From sequence record NC_104190.1: a stretch of DNA of 64,000 bases. The stretch is one strand, 5' to 3'. Origin of the DNA: Escherichia phage IME178. Under the pieces are notes generated by a model that worked only from the letters and a program-made list of their open reading frames with translations, was not told the origin of the DNA and did not search any database. Shown here one piece after another: positions 28,916-38,738 of this stretch (position 1 is its first letter; the number at the start of each line of letters is the position of its first letter). Position numbers and translations under genes: made by a program.

Positions 28916-30264
28916 AGGTTGTTATATCTAATAAAGCCTATTTCAAGCCCGATGATGAACTTTGGGATTATTGTAGTAAGCAAACCACTTATCACATAGA
29001 GACAATGACTAGTAAATACCCTATTATGTATAAGAATAGTGGTGTTGTTGCCAAAGAGATTAAGTGGATTCCTATTACACGTCTGGACTTACTAGATGCT
29101 AAAGGAGTAAAATACGAATTAGTAGATAAACGTACATTAGCTCCGGTAGATATACCAAAACCTAAGTTCAAGCTGCGTGAAGAAGACCAGCTCCCAATAT
29201 ATGAAGAGTGCGATGATACCTGTATTATTAATGGTAAGCCTGGGTTTGGTAAAACTATCCTAGCCCTTGCACTTGCGTATAAATTTGGCCAGAAAACTTT
29301 GGTAATCTGTACGAATACATCCATTCGTGAAATGTGGGCGGCAGAAGTTCGTAAATGGTTTGGGTTTGAACCGGGCATTATAGGTTCTGGGAAATACAAT
29401 ATTGATCCACCAATTGTGGTCAGTAATATTCAAACAGTGAATAAACATGCGAATAATCTTTCTAAAGTATTCGGTACTGTTATAGTTGATGAAGTTCACC
29501 ATTGTGTGGCTACAACTTTCACTAACTTCCTAGAAATATCATGTGCTCGCTATAAAATTGGACTATCCGGCACATTAAAACGGAAAGATGGTCTACAAGT
29601 TATGTTCAAAGATTTCTTTGGATATAAGATCTTTAGCCCCCCGGTTAATAATACTGTTGCACCTACAATCCATAGGTACTCCGTACCTGTTGAGTTATCA
29701 GGAAACCAAAACGTACCATGGGCATTACGTGCTAACGATGTGTATAATCATCCTAAATATCGAGAGACTATTATAAACCTGGCACATTTATACGTGAATA
29801 TGGGGCATAAAGTACTCATTGTAAGTGATAGAACAGAGTTAATCCAAACAGTATTAGAAGCTCTTGCACAGCGTGGTGTTACAACATATGAAATTATAGG
29901 GGCAACCCACTTAGATGACCGATTAAAAATTCAGGAAGATATAGCAAAAGGTGGACCTTGTGTACTTGCAGCAGCTCAAAGCATCTTCTCTGAAGGTATT
30001 TCTCTTAATGAGTTGTCTTGTTTAATAATGGGAAGTCTCATTAATAATGAGTCTCTCATTGAACAGCTTGCAGGTCGTGTTCAACGTATTGTCGATGGTA
30101 AACTCGACCCTATTGTTGTAGATCTAATTATGAAAGGTGGCACTGGACTAAGACAGGCTTCTGGACGTATGGCAGTATATCGTAACAACGGGTGGAAAAC
30201 TATTACCATGACTCCTGAGAAAGCAGTTCAATTAGCTAAAATTGCATTTGGCAACAGCTCATAA
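28912..30264 (+). CDS. SF2 DEAH-box helicase
   Basis: Walker A GKPGFGKT, DEAH box VIVDEVHH, C-terminal helicase motifs. Confidence 0.8.
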   Translation: MKVVISNKAYFKPDDELWDYCSKQTTYHIETMTSKYPIMYKNSGVVAKEIKWIPITRLDLLDAKGVKYELVDKRTLAPVDIPKPKFKLREEDQLPIYEECDDTCIINGKPGFGKTILALALAYKFGQKTLVICTNTSIREMWAAEVRKWFGFEPGIIGSGKYNIDPPIVVSNIQTVNKHANNLSKVFGTVIVDEVHHCVATTFTNFLEISCARYKIGLSGTLKRKDGLQVMFKDFFGYKIFSPPVNNTVAPTIHRYSVPVELSGNQNVPWALRANDVYNHPKYRETIINLAHLYVNMGHKVLIVSDRTELIQTVLEALAQRGVTTYEIIGATHLDDRLKIQEDIAKGGPCVLAAAQSIFSEGISLNELSCLIMGSLINNESLIEQLAGRVQRIVDGKLDPIVVDLIMKGGTGLRQASGRMAVYRNNGWKTITMTPEKAVQLAKIAFGNSS

Positions 30265-30276
30265 ATGATGTATAAT
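30248..30276 (+). promoter_or_regulatory. T5-type promoter with leader but no downstream ORF
   Basis: TTGGCA-17-TATAAT then ACACATAAATTTGAGAGAGAAAG leader, then hairpin. Confidence 0.45.
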
Positions 30277-30348
30277 ATACACATAAATTTGAGAGAGAAA
30301 GTTTCGGATTGATAAGAAAGTCCGAAGCAGAAAAATAAAAAATTTTAG

Positions 30349-30378
30349 TTGCTAAATTCTCTCGAAATCTAGTATAAT
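30349..30378 (+). promoter_or_regulatory. T5-type early promoter
   Basis: TTGCTA-18-TATAAT then conserved leader ATACATAAATTCGAGGAG. Confidence 0.5.
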
Positions 30379-30485
30379 ATATACATAAATTCGAGGAGAA
30401 AATAAAAATTAAATTCTTCGATTATGAAAAGCTATACTTACTAGCTAGAGGAAATTCCGACCTAATTATTAAGCTATTCAAAAGA

Positions 30486-30770
30486 ATGCTTACAGAGCCT
30501 GATGCTCACCAATTATTGGTCGGTTCCTCATTCATTTTGAATGAATCAACAATAGTTGATAATCCAAATAAATTGTCTAATAGACAACTGGCAGAATATC
30601 TAGGAATTTTAAGTCTACGAAATTATGCCGAATACAAGTTTACAAACGATCCTAGTTTGGACATACAATATGTTCCAGTATGGATACCACGTTTAGTAAT
30701 CGACACTAACCCACTAATCGCAATTAACAAATCGAAATTAATCTTTAAAGAGGAAATAAAATATGGCTAA
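30486..30770 (+). CDS. hypothetical protein
   Basis: 94-aa ORF from ATG 30486 with weak RBS; frame is open upstream to 30378 and a conserved-leader RBS sits before in-frame ATT 30408. Confidence 0.4.
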   Translation: MLTEPDAHQLLVGSSFILNESTIVDNPNKLSNRQLAEYLGILSLRNYAEYKFTNDPSLDIQYVPVWIPRLVIDTNPLIAINKSKLIFKEEIKYG

Positions 30771-31536
30771 GTCTTGGGGCGAAACTACTGGCGGTTCTAA
30801 CGATAAAATCGAATTCCTGAAGTTCAACAACGGTATCACTCGTGTTCGTATCGTTTCTGGTGTTCTTCCACGTTATGTCTATTGGCTGACTAATAAAGAG
30901 GGTAATGTAGCTCCTTTCGAATGTCTCCGTTTTAACCGTGACAAAGAGAGCTTTGTTCGTGGTAAAGCTGATCCGGTTCATGAGATGGGCTTTTTCGAGA
31001 AAGAGCTGGATAAAGACGGTAATCGTGTTCCGCTGAAACCGAAGAAAAACTATATCGCTTTTGTTATCGACCGTTCTGATAACAAACTGAAAGTAATGGA
31101 AGTCAAGGCTACTATTCTGAAAGGCATCCAGTCTATCATGAAGCAGTTGAATCTGGCAACTCCGTTTGATATTGATATTTCTATCGAGAAAAAAGGTAAA
31201 GGTTTCGATACTGAGTATGATGTACAGCAGATTGCTGCTATGCAGTTCCAGATTAAGCTGCAAGATCCCAACAGTGCAGAATCTAAGCAATACGCTGCAG
31301 ATGTAGATCTGATCGGTGAAGCTATGTGTGATGGAGATGGCGACATCATTAAGTTCGAAAAAGTTCCTTCTCTGGAACAAACTTATCCGGTTCCTACCTA
31401 TGAAGAGCAGAAAGAAGCAATTCAAGCCTTCATGGAGGGTCGTGAGAATAAAGATGATGATGCCAAATCTGGTAATAGCAATGCAGGCTCCCAGAAAGGT
31501 ATTGACACAGAAGCTGCAAGCGATCTGGACGACTAA
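30763..31536 (+). CDS. gp32-like single-stranded DNA-binding protein (putative)
   Basis: N-terminal KIEFLKFNNGITRVRIVSGVLP resembles the T4 gp32 KLKLDNAGNGQAVIRFLP region; acidic C-terminal tail (EAASDLDD); optimal codon usage. Confidence 0.5.
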   Translation: MAKSWGETTGGSNDKIEFLKFNNGITRVRIVSGVLPRYVYWLTNKEGNVAPFECLRFNRDKESFVRGKADPVHEMGFFEKELDKDGNRVPLKPKKNYIAFVIDRSDNKLKVMEVKATILKGIQSIMKQLNLATPFDIDISIEKKGKGFDTEYDVQQIAAMQFQIKLQDPNSAESKQYAADVDLIGEAMCDGDGDIIKFEKVPSLEQTYPVPTYEEQKEAIQAFMEGRENKDDDAKSGNSNAGSQKGIDTEAASDLDD

Positions 31537-31572
31537 TAAATAGAGGGGCTTCGGCCCCTTTCTTTTTAACCA

Positions 31573-32550
31573 ATGAGAATATTATTTAGTGCTGATCATC
31601 ATATCAAACTAGGACAAGATAAAGTTCCAAAGGAATGGCAGAAGCGTCGCTTCCTGATGCTGGGAGAACGGTTAAATGATATATTCCATAATCATAACTG
31701 TGATCTTCATATTGCTGGTGGTGATATACTTGATGTTGCCGATCCGTCGTCAGAAGAAATAGAACTGCTTGAACAGTTCATGTCAAGACTTGACCATCCA
31801 GGCAAAATCTTTACTGGAAATCATGAAATGTTAACGAAAACTATTTCATGCCTATATCATTATGCGGGGGTTATTAATAAAGTAACGAGTGGGAAGTGGG
31901 AAGTAGTTACCAAACCATATCGTTCCCCTGAATTTGATATTGTTCCGTATGATGAAATCCATAAGTCTAAGTGGAAACCATCTGAATCAAAACTATGTTT
32001 CACGCATGTTCGTGGTGAAATCCCTCCACATGTAAAACCAGAAATTGATCTAACTAAGTACAACTGTTATGATACTGTAATTGCTGGCGATTTACATTCT
32101 TATACTAATAGCCAGACTATCGGGTCTACTAGACTCCTCTACCCAGGGTCCCCATTAACTACATCGTTCCATAGAGAACGCACAAAAGGTACAAATGGTT
32201 GCTTTATCGTTGATACCGACACATTAAAAGTAGAATGGATTGAACTCGGTGATTTACCACAACTGATTCGTAAAACAATCGGAGCTGGTGAAGAGATGGA
32301 ACCTAGTGATTATGATCGTGTAGTCTATGAAGTTACTGGTGACGTTGTTCAACTAAAGTCTATCAAAGACTCTGATTTATTAGATAAGAAGATTAACCAT
32401 CGAGTTACTAAAGATGCTAAGTTAAATCTTGTTGATCTTGATATGTTGGGCGAACTTGAACTTTACTTCCGTGAAGTCGAGAAGCTATCTCAAGGCGACA
32501 TTGATAGAATCTTGGCTAGAGCTGCGAAATATGTCAAAGATTACAATTAA
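31573..32550 (+). CDS. SbcD/Mre11-like recombination nuclease subunit
   Basis: phosphoesterase motifs D-H (SADHH), GDILD, GNHE. Confidence 0.85.
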   Translation: MRILFSADHHIKLGQDKVPKEWQKRRFLMLGERLNDIFHNHNCDLHIAGGDILDVADPSSEEIELLEQFMSRLDHPGKIFTGNHEMLTKTISCLYHYAGVINKVTSGKWEVVTKPYRSPEFDIVPYDEIHKSKWKPSESKLCFTHVRGEIPPHVKPEIDLTKYNCYDTVIAGDLHSYTNSQTIGSTRLLYPGSPLTTSFHRERTKGTNGCFIVDTDTLKVEWIELGDLPQLIRKTIGAGEEMEPSDYDRVVYEVTGDVVQLKSIKDSDLLDKKINHRVTKDAKLNLVDLDMLGELELYFREVEKLSQGDIDRILARAAKYVKDYN

Positions 32551-34369
32551 GACACTAAAATTTAGTAACGTTATGTCTTACGGTAAGGACATCGTAATTC
32601 ATTTCGATAAGAATCCAGTTACCCAACTAATTGGTGGCAATGGGTTAGGGAAATCCACTATTGCTACTGTTATTGAAGAACTATTTTATAATAAGAACTC
32701 TCGAGGTATCAAGAAGGATGCTCTGTTCTCTTGGTCTTCTCAGAAAAAAGAGTATGATATGCACGCTTACTTCTCGAAAGATGAAGATGAGTATGAACTA
32801 CACAAAGTAGTTAAATCAACTGCTAAAGTAACTCTTATTAAGAATGGAGAAGATATTAGTGGACACACGGCAACCCAAACATACAAGATGATTGAAGAGA
32901 TTATGGGTGGTGACTTCCAAACATTCACCAAACTAATTTATCAATCAGTGGGTTCCAATCTAGACTTTCTAAAAGCAACAGATGCAACACGTAAGGCTTT
33001 CCTTGTTAACTTGTTTAATCAAGAACAGTACAAAGAAATGTCAGAAACTATTAAGGCTGACCGTAAAGAAATAGCAAATACCTTAAATAATTTGCAGGGC
33101 CAAATGGCTGTAATTACGAAAATCCTTAATGGAAAGAATAACTTGGGAACCTTACAAGAACCAGTCGAAGTGCCTGAGTTTGATGAAGAGCCATTAGCAC
33201 AAGAACTTACTGAATCGAAAATTAAGGCGGCATTAGCCAAGTCTCAAGAGGCTAATATTACTAAATTGCGTAATTTGGACAAAGCTGTACAAGTTGCCGA
33301 ACAATCTTTCGAGCCTTTCAAAAATTTACCCGCGCCCACTGACCAAAATGAAGAGATCTCGAGTGTTACGCGTGACCTAACGATTGTGACCTCACGTGCG
33401 GGCGAAGTCAAGAAACGTTATCAGAAGTTCAAGCAAGAAGCTTCAAATACTGAATGTCCTACTTGTGGTACTCATCTGGATACAACTGCTGCTCAAAAAG
33501 CAATGGATATGGCCAGAATAGAATATGACCCCCTGTTCAAAGAGAAGCAATCTCTTGAAGCTAAGCTAGAACAGTTGAAGAAAGAACAACTTGAGTACGT
33601 TGCGTATACTAGAGCAAAGGATGCTTTGGATAAAGCAGTAGCAGCTAGAGACGAATTCAAAAATTCAATGAGTGATACTTCTTTTGAAGAACTCAATGTG
33701 CAAAACCTACAGGTGCAAATCCGACAATTAGAACAGGAAATAGCTGATGGCCGTTCTAAGGTTGCAATTGCCAAAGAGCATAATGCAAATATTGAACTAG
33801 CCAATGCAAAATATAAAGCGAAACTAGAACAGATTGAGAAAGCTGAGGCAGAAATGTCTGAGATTACTTCCAAACTGGATGGAGTATCAGAAGCTGTTGC
33901 TGATCTCGATATTCTGATCGCCGCATTGAAAAATCTGGTAGGGTATAAACTAGAACATAGTGTGAAAGTATTTGAAGAACTAATTAATAAATATCTTTCT
34001 ATTATGACTGGTGGTAAGTTCGCACTTGGATTTGAACTTGATGAAACGAAATTACAAGTAGTAATCTTCAATGATGGAAACCGTACTAGTATGGAGAACT
34101 GCTCTACTGGTCAGCAAAGTCGAATCAACCTAGCAACTCTGTTAGCTATTCGAATGCTACTAACATCTATTAGTAAAGTTAATATTAATCTTCTATTCCT
34201 TGATGAAGTAATTAGCTTTATTGATACGAAAGGACTTGACACTCTTGTTGAATTATTAAATGAGGAAGAAAGTCTAAATTCTATCATTGTTTCTCATGGG
34301 CATACGCATCCATTAGCCCATAAGATTACTGTCAAAAAAGATGCAGAAGGATTTTCCTACTTAGAATAA
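32531..34369 (+). CDS. SbcC/Rad50-like ATPase subunit
   Basis: Walker A GGNGLGKST, long central coiled-coil, C-terminal LLFLDE; start set at MSKITIKTLKF. Confidence 0.85.
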   Translation: MSKITIKTLKFSNVMSYGKDIVIHFDKNPVTQLIGGNGLGKSTIATVIEELFYNKNSRGIKKDALFSWSSQKKEYDMHAYFSKDEDEYELHKVVKSTAKVTLIKNGEDISGHTATQTYKMIEEIMGGDFQTFTKLIYQSVGSNLDFLKATDATRKAFLVNLFNQEQYKEMSETIKADRKEIANTLNNLQGQMAVITKILNGKNNLGTLQEPVEVPEFDEEPLAQELTESKIKAALAKSQEANITKLRNLDKAVQVAEQSFEPFKNLPAPTDQNEEISSVTRDLTIVTSRAGEVKKRYQKFKQEASNTECPTCGTHLDTTAAQKAMDMARIEYDPLFKEKQSLEAKLEQLKKEQLEYVAYTRAKDALDKAVAARDEFKNSMSDTSFEELNVQNLQVQIRQLEQEIADGRSKVAIAKEHNANIELANAKYKAKLEQIEKAEAEMSEITSKLDGVSEAVADLDILIAALKNLVGYKLEHSVKVFEELINKYLSIMTGGKFALGFELDETKLQVVIFNDGNRTSMENCSTGQQSRINLATLLAIRMLLTSISKVNINLLFLDEVISFIDTKGLDTLVELLNEEESLNSIIVSHGHTHPLAHKITVKKDAEGFSYLE

Positions 34370-34372
34370 AAC

Positions 34373-34855
34373 ATGGCTGTAGATAGTAGAGAGAAAGGCA
34401 AACGTGGTGAATATCAAGTAAGAGATATTTTACGTGAACGTACAGGTCTTGAGTGGGAACGTGTTCCTGGCTCTGGTGCTTTTGGCCAGAGCCATGGACT
34501 GAAGGGTGACATCTACCTTCCACCACAAAGCGGACACATTAGTAAATACTGCTTCGAAGTTAAGTGGTATAAAGATGATGCATTATCAAGTAATTTATTT
34601 AATGTTGGTGAATCTACTCTAGAGAAGTGGTGGCAGCAGTGCTCACGTGAAGGTGAGCAGATGAACTCCAAACCTGCATTAATATTCAAAAAAGACAGAG
34701 GACAGTGGTTAATAGCTTTGGATAGTTCAGACCCGATGGTTGACAACTTAATGAGTCGTACCCATATGGTGTTAAATAAGAAAGACATGGAGATCGTAAT
34801 TGGTTTATTTGAGCCGTGGCTACATCATGCATCTGTTGAGGACTTAATTAAATAA
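34373..34855 (+). CDS. Hjc-like PD-(D/E)xK nuclease (putative Holliday junction resolvase)
   Basis: KGKRGEYQVRDIL...GSGA...GDIY...FEVKW follows the Hjc E / D / E-x-K arrangement. Confidence 0.5.
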   Translation: MAVDSREKGKRGEYQVRDILRERTGLEWERVPGSGAFGQSHGLKGDIYLPPQSGHISKYCFEVKWYKDDALSSNLFNVGESTLEKWWQQCSREGEQMNSKPALIFKKDRGQWLIALDSSDPMVDNLMSRTHMVLNKKDMEIVIGLFEPWLHHASVEDLIK

Positions 34856-35730
34856 TGAGTAAATCCTGGGGAAAATTTATTGAAGAAGAGGAAGCTGAAA
34901 TGGCTTCCCGTCGTAATCTAATGATTGTTGATGGAACTAACTTAGGCTTTCGCTTCAAGCATAACAATAGTAAAAAACCATTTGCCTCAAGTTATGTTTC
35001 TACGATTCAATCTCTAGCAAAATCTTATTCTGCTAGAACTACAATAGTTTTAGGAGATAAAGGGAAGTCTGCATTCCGCTTAGAGCATCTTCCAGAGTAT
35101 AAAGGGAATCGAGATGAGAAATACTCTCAGCGTACGGAAGAGGAGAAAGCGTTAGATGAGCAGTTCTTCGAGTATTTGAAAGATGCTTTCGAACTATGTG
35201 AAACTACATTTCCAACCTTCACTATTCGTGGCGTAGAAGCAGATGATATGGCAGCTTATATTGTTAAGCTGATTGGGCATCTTTATGATCATATTTGGCT
35301 AATTTCTACCGATGGTGACTGGGATACTTTATTAACTGATAAAGTATCTCGCTTCTCTTTCACAACACGTCGTGAATACCATCTTCGTGATATGTATGAG
35401 CATCATAATGTTGACGATGTAGAGCAGTTTATCTCTCTGAAAGCAATTATGGGTGATTTAGGAGATAATATCCGTGGTGTTGAGGGTATTGGGGCAAAAC
35501 GCGGGTATAACATTATTCGTGAATTTGGTAACGTTCTGGATATTATTGATCAGCTTCCACTGCCTGGAAAACAGAAATATATACAGAATTTAAATGCTTC
35601 GGAAGAGTTGCTTTACCGAAACCTAATTCTGGTTGATTTACCTACCTACTGTGTGGATGCTATTGCTGCTGTAGGTCAAGATGTACTAGATAAGTTTACA
35701 AAAGATATTTTGGAGATTGCAAGACAATGA
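34855..35730 (+). CDS. flap endonuclease / 5'-3' exonuclease (T5 D15-like)
   Basis: 291 aa (the size I recall for T5 5'-exonuclease); FEN N- and I-domain acidic clusters and HhH-like region. Confidence 0.9.
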   Translation: MSKSWGKFIEEEEAEMASRRNLMIVDGTNLGFRFKHNNSKKPFASSYVSTIQSLAKSYSARTTIVLGDKGKSAFRLEHLPEYKGNRDEKYSQRTEEEKALDEQFFEYLKDAFELCETTFPTFTIRGVEADDMAAYIVKLIGHLYDHIWLISTDGDWDTLLTDKVSRFSFTTRREYHLRDMYEHHNVDDVEQFISLKAIMGDLGDNIRGVEGIGAKRGYNIIREFGNVLDIIDQLPLPGKQKYIQNLNASEELLYRNLILVDLPTYCVDAIAAVGQDVLDKFTKDILEIARQ

Positions 35731-36173
35731 TTAAAATTAAGTTAACCCATCCAGATTGTATGCCTAAGATTGGTTCCGAAGATGCCGCAGGTATGGATCT
35801 ACGAGCATTCTTTGGTACTAACCCTGCTGCAGATTTACGTGCTATTGCACCAGGCAAATCCTTAATGATTGACACCGGTGTCGCGGTAGAAATTCCGCGA
35901 GGTTGGTTCGGTTTGGTAGTTCCTCGCAGCTCTTTAGGTAAACGCCATCTGATGATTGCAAATACCGCAGGAGTGATCGACTCAGACTATCGTGGAACTA
36001 TTAAGATGAACCTTTATAACTATGGTTCTGAAATGCAAACTCTGGAGAATTTTGAAAGACTTTGTCAACTAGTAGTAGTACCACACTACTCAACGCATAA
36101 TTTTGAAATAGTTGATAAACTAGGGGAGACTGATCGTGGAGAAGGCGGATTTGGAAGCTCAGGAAGTAAATAA
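35727..36173 (+). CDS. dut: dUTP diphosphatase
   Basis: 148 aa; dUTPase motifs (AAGMDL, PRSSLG, GVIDSDYRG, C-terminal RGEGGFGSSG). Confidence 0.85.
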   Translation: MIKIKLTHPDCMPKIGSEDAAGMDLRAFFGTNPAADLRAIAPGKSLMIDTGVAVEIPRGWFGLVVPRSSLGKRHLMIANTAGVIDSDYRGTIKMNLYNYGSEMQTLENFERLCQLVVVPHYSTHNFEIVDKLGETDRGEGGFGSSGSK

Positions 36174-36197
36174 TTTACATATCAAATAAATAATAAA

Positions 36198-36228
36198 CCC
36201 CAATGGACAAAATCCATTGGGGTTTTTA
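36198..36228. terminator. bidirectional rho-independent terminator between convergent dut and tail-fiber gene
   Basis: 10-bp stem ccccaatgga / tccattgggg, loop caaaa, T/A tracts on both sides. Confidence 0.6.
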
Positions 36229-36229
36229 T

Positions 36230-38377
36230 TTACTTACTTGCCTTTAATTCCGCAATCTCAGCTTCCATCGCTTCGATCCTCTGCATTAATACCTGCACAA
36301 CGTGCATGGTATCCAGAAGCATCGGCGTGGTGTCCAGCTCCTTCTGCTCCACAACCTCTCCTGGATTATTGCCAACATATTTGCGCGTCTTAACATATAA
36401 AGGCTCAACAACCTCTGCTTGCTGTGCAATCACGCCATGCCGAACTCGATTTTGTTCGTCATTGTCATAAATGAACTCTACAAATTCCAGCCCTTTAATA
36501 TTAGAGTATGATTTGTCAACTCCAACAGGGGCGATGCCGTGTTTTACACGTGAGTCAGAAGTACCATTTTTTGTATAACTAAAGTTCCCGTAATCAGTCG
36601 AACCATATATTTGACCATCAATATCAAAAAAGTAACGACAGAATTTTCCATTATCTCCACCGACCACCATGCAAGCTGTACCGAAGGCATTATTACCTGG
36701 TATGTACATATGGAGCCCTATCTTGGTGGGATATCCGTTGGGGCGATATCCACCAATAGAATAACCACGAACTAGTGTGTCTGAACCGCTAGCAATGGCT
36801 ACCCGATCCATGCCGTTGGTAGTCAGGTTGTCTATTCCAGCATCCGTAATGCCATTCCATGTGCCCATAGGCGTATTCATACGGAAGGTATTAATCTTAC
36901 CCGATTGGCGGAAGTCTGCCGTACCATCTTCGTAAAACTTATAAGAGTGCTTAGCGGAGCCCTCAGCCTCAATAATCGCAGCCCCCGAGGAGCCCCAGAT
37001 AGTATCAGAGTATAGACGAGCAAACCGCTTACCTGCTGGGTTGGAATATTCAGATACTACTTCACCACCACGAACGGAGGTATTCTGCGGAGGTGCGCTA
37101 CTATCTGCATTCTTAACACTCCATGATGTATTTGCTGCAACGAAACCACCCGACGCACGGATTACCCACACACCGACAAAGTTTCGTGTAAGAATTTCAT
37201 CATTTGATGTTCCGTAAATTGGACTTGAACGTGAGGCGTCAAAATTTAGTGTATTATAGCGCCCAGATAATGCAATATTTCCTGTACTTGGAATCGCATC
37301 CCCATCACCATTAGGAAAAATCGCATTATCAACAAAGAATGCACCACTAGCAGTAGAGCCAAATACCTGGGCGTAGCTAGTACTTGAGTAGCTAGGAACA
37401 GCAGCAGTAATATTAGGTGCAGCAGATTCAAATAGCTGGCCATTTGCACCACTATTTCCACCATCTCCACGACCATAAAGAGCGCGTATTGATCCCTCCT
37501 GCACCCCATTCTTATCTGGAACACGAAAAGTTGTTGTCCCATTTCCTGATGAGTACTTACCGCGCTGAAATTTATCAGCCAGCCATTTAGAATCATCTAT
37601 AGCACCCACCATTTGAGCGTAAGCCCAAAGCTCCGGCCAGTCAGCCCTGTTAAGAAGCTGCCCATCAGAAACTACCTCATAAGGTTGAATATACGCACGA
37701 CTATCGCGAAGGTGAAAATCACCTACACCATAGTTCATGACACCATTCATTGTGGGTCCTACTGTGCCAGTATTAATTTTGTTCTCCACCCAACGCTTAG
37801 TTACAGCATCATAATCATTAACGGGGTCTCCCGCAAGGGGAGTAGATCCAATAGGTCGCACATTTAGCCACGCAGCTGCGCGATCTGCTAAATCTGATAA
37901 ATTATTTTCAGTCAATAGGCTTTCGTCTTTTGTTGGCACATTATAACTTTGTCTAAAAGCTTCTTTTGATACTACTCCAGTACCTCCTTGTTCTATAGAA
38001 AGTGCAGTGGTTAAACCTGTTAAAGATTTAATAGTTGAGTTGGCACCATCCATGTCTATACTAGCAAATCTTGACCATGCAGTCCATGAATTGTAAAAAG
38101 ATCTACTATATATCTCATTACGATTATAAGGTAAGTAAATTTGAGTACAAGAAGTCGCTAAATTGCTTGCATTATTTTTTAAAACTAGTAATGTACCTGC
38201 AGCCGCAACAGGATAGTTAAGAGAAGTAGGAGAGTTAGCATTTTCAGATTGCCAATACTTTCCATACACACTCCCATCAAGTGTATTTAAATTTGTTCCT
38301 GTAGTAATTAAACCATATACAGGTAAAGCGGCTACATCAGTAGCCTTTAAGTTAATTTTATCAATTCTAAGAGCCAT
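36230..38377 (-). CDS. L-shaped tail fiber protein with C-terminal intramolecular chaperone domain
   Basis: 715 aa; Gly/Ser-rich fibrous body; C-terminus ...VQVLMQRIEAMEAEIAELKASK resembles the self-cleaving chaperone domain of T5 pb1-type fibers. Confidence 0.7.
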   Translation of the reverse strand: MALRIDKINLKATDVAALPVYGLITTGTNLNTLDGSVYGKYWQSENANSPTSLNYPVAAAGTLLVLKNNASNLATSCTQIYLPYNRNEIYSRSFYNSWTAWSRFASIDMDGANSTIKSLTGLTTALSIEQGGTGVVSKEAFRQSYNVPTKDESLLTENNLSDLADRAAAWLNVRPIGSTPLAGDPVNDYDAVTKRWVENKINTGTVGPTMNGVMNYGVGDFHLRDSRAYIQPYEVVSDGQLLNRADWPELWAYAQMVGAIDDSKWLADKFQRGKYSSGNGTTTFRVPDKNGVQEGSIRALYGRGDGGNSGANGQLFESAAPNITAAVPSYSSTSYAQVFGSTASGAFFVDNAIFPNGDGDAIPSTGNIALSGRYNTLNFDASRSSPIYGTSNDEILTRNFVGVWVIRASGGFVAANTSWSVKNADSSAPPQNTSVRGGEVVSEYSNPAGKRFARLYSDTIWGSSGAAIIEAEGSAKHSYKFYEDGTADFRQSGKINTFRMNTPMGTWNGITDAGIDNLTTNGMDRVAIASGSDTLVRGYSIGGYRPNGYPTKIGLHMYIPGNNAFGTACMVVGGDNGKFCRYFFDIDGQIYGSTDYGNFSYTKNGTSDSRVKHGIAPVGVDKSYSNIKGLEFVEFIYDNDEQNRVRHGVIAQQAEVVEPLYVKTRKYVGNNPGEVVEQKELDTTPMLLDTMHVVQVLMQRIEAMEAEIAELKASK

Positions 38378-38386
38378 TTTAATTCC

Positions 38387-38692
38387 TCATGCCCACATGC
38401 GAACAGGTGTTTCTGGGTTTACTATAAATTTATCTAGTATAGAGAGATCAAAATCATCAATATTCATAATACGCAGATTAACGTGATATCCTTCTTGCAC
38501 TACATACTCAATATCCTCTATATTTTGGTACTCTGTTAAGGGTTTTACAGGCTGACTAATAGTACCTATAAAATCAATACTGACATTTTCACAGTATAAA
38601 CTACCTGTTTCTTCATCTAAACTAAAGCCAAATTTTATCAAATTAATTTTCATTTCATCAGCATTAGTAAATTTTAGATATAAATCTTTCAT
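38387..38692 (-). CDS. hypothetical protein between the two tail-fiber genes
   Basis: 101-aa ORF, co-oriented. Confidence 0.4.
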   Translation of the reverse strand: MKDLYLKFTNADEMKINLIKFGFSLDEETGSLYCENVSIDFIGTISQPVKPLTEYQNIEDIEYVVQEGYHVNLRIMNIDDFDLSILDKFIVNPETPVRMWA

Positions 38693-38738
38693 TATAGAAT
38701 CCTTAATTTTATGGGAGCATTATATAATGCTCCTGTAC

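Noticed and set aside
30745-31425. 226-aa minus-strand ORF
   Set aside because: Antisense to the gp32-like gene, which has strong codon bias and promoter context; low-complexity translation.
33493-34071. 192-aa Ser-rich minus-strand ORF
   Set aside because: Antisense shadow of the coiled-coil region of the SbcC-like gene.
37246-37596. 116-aa minus-strand ORF inside tail fiber gene
   Set aside because: Alternate frame within the 715-aa fiber ORF; Leu-rich low-complexity translation.
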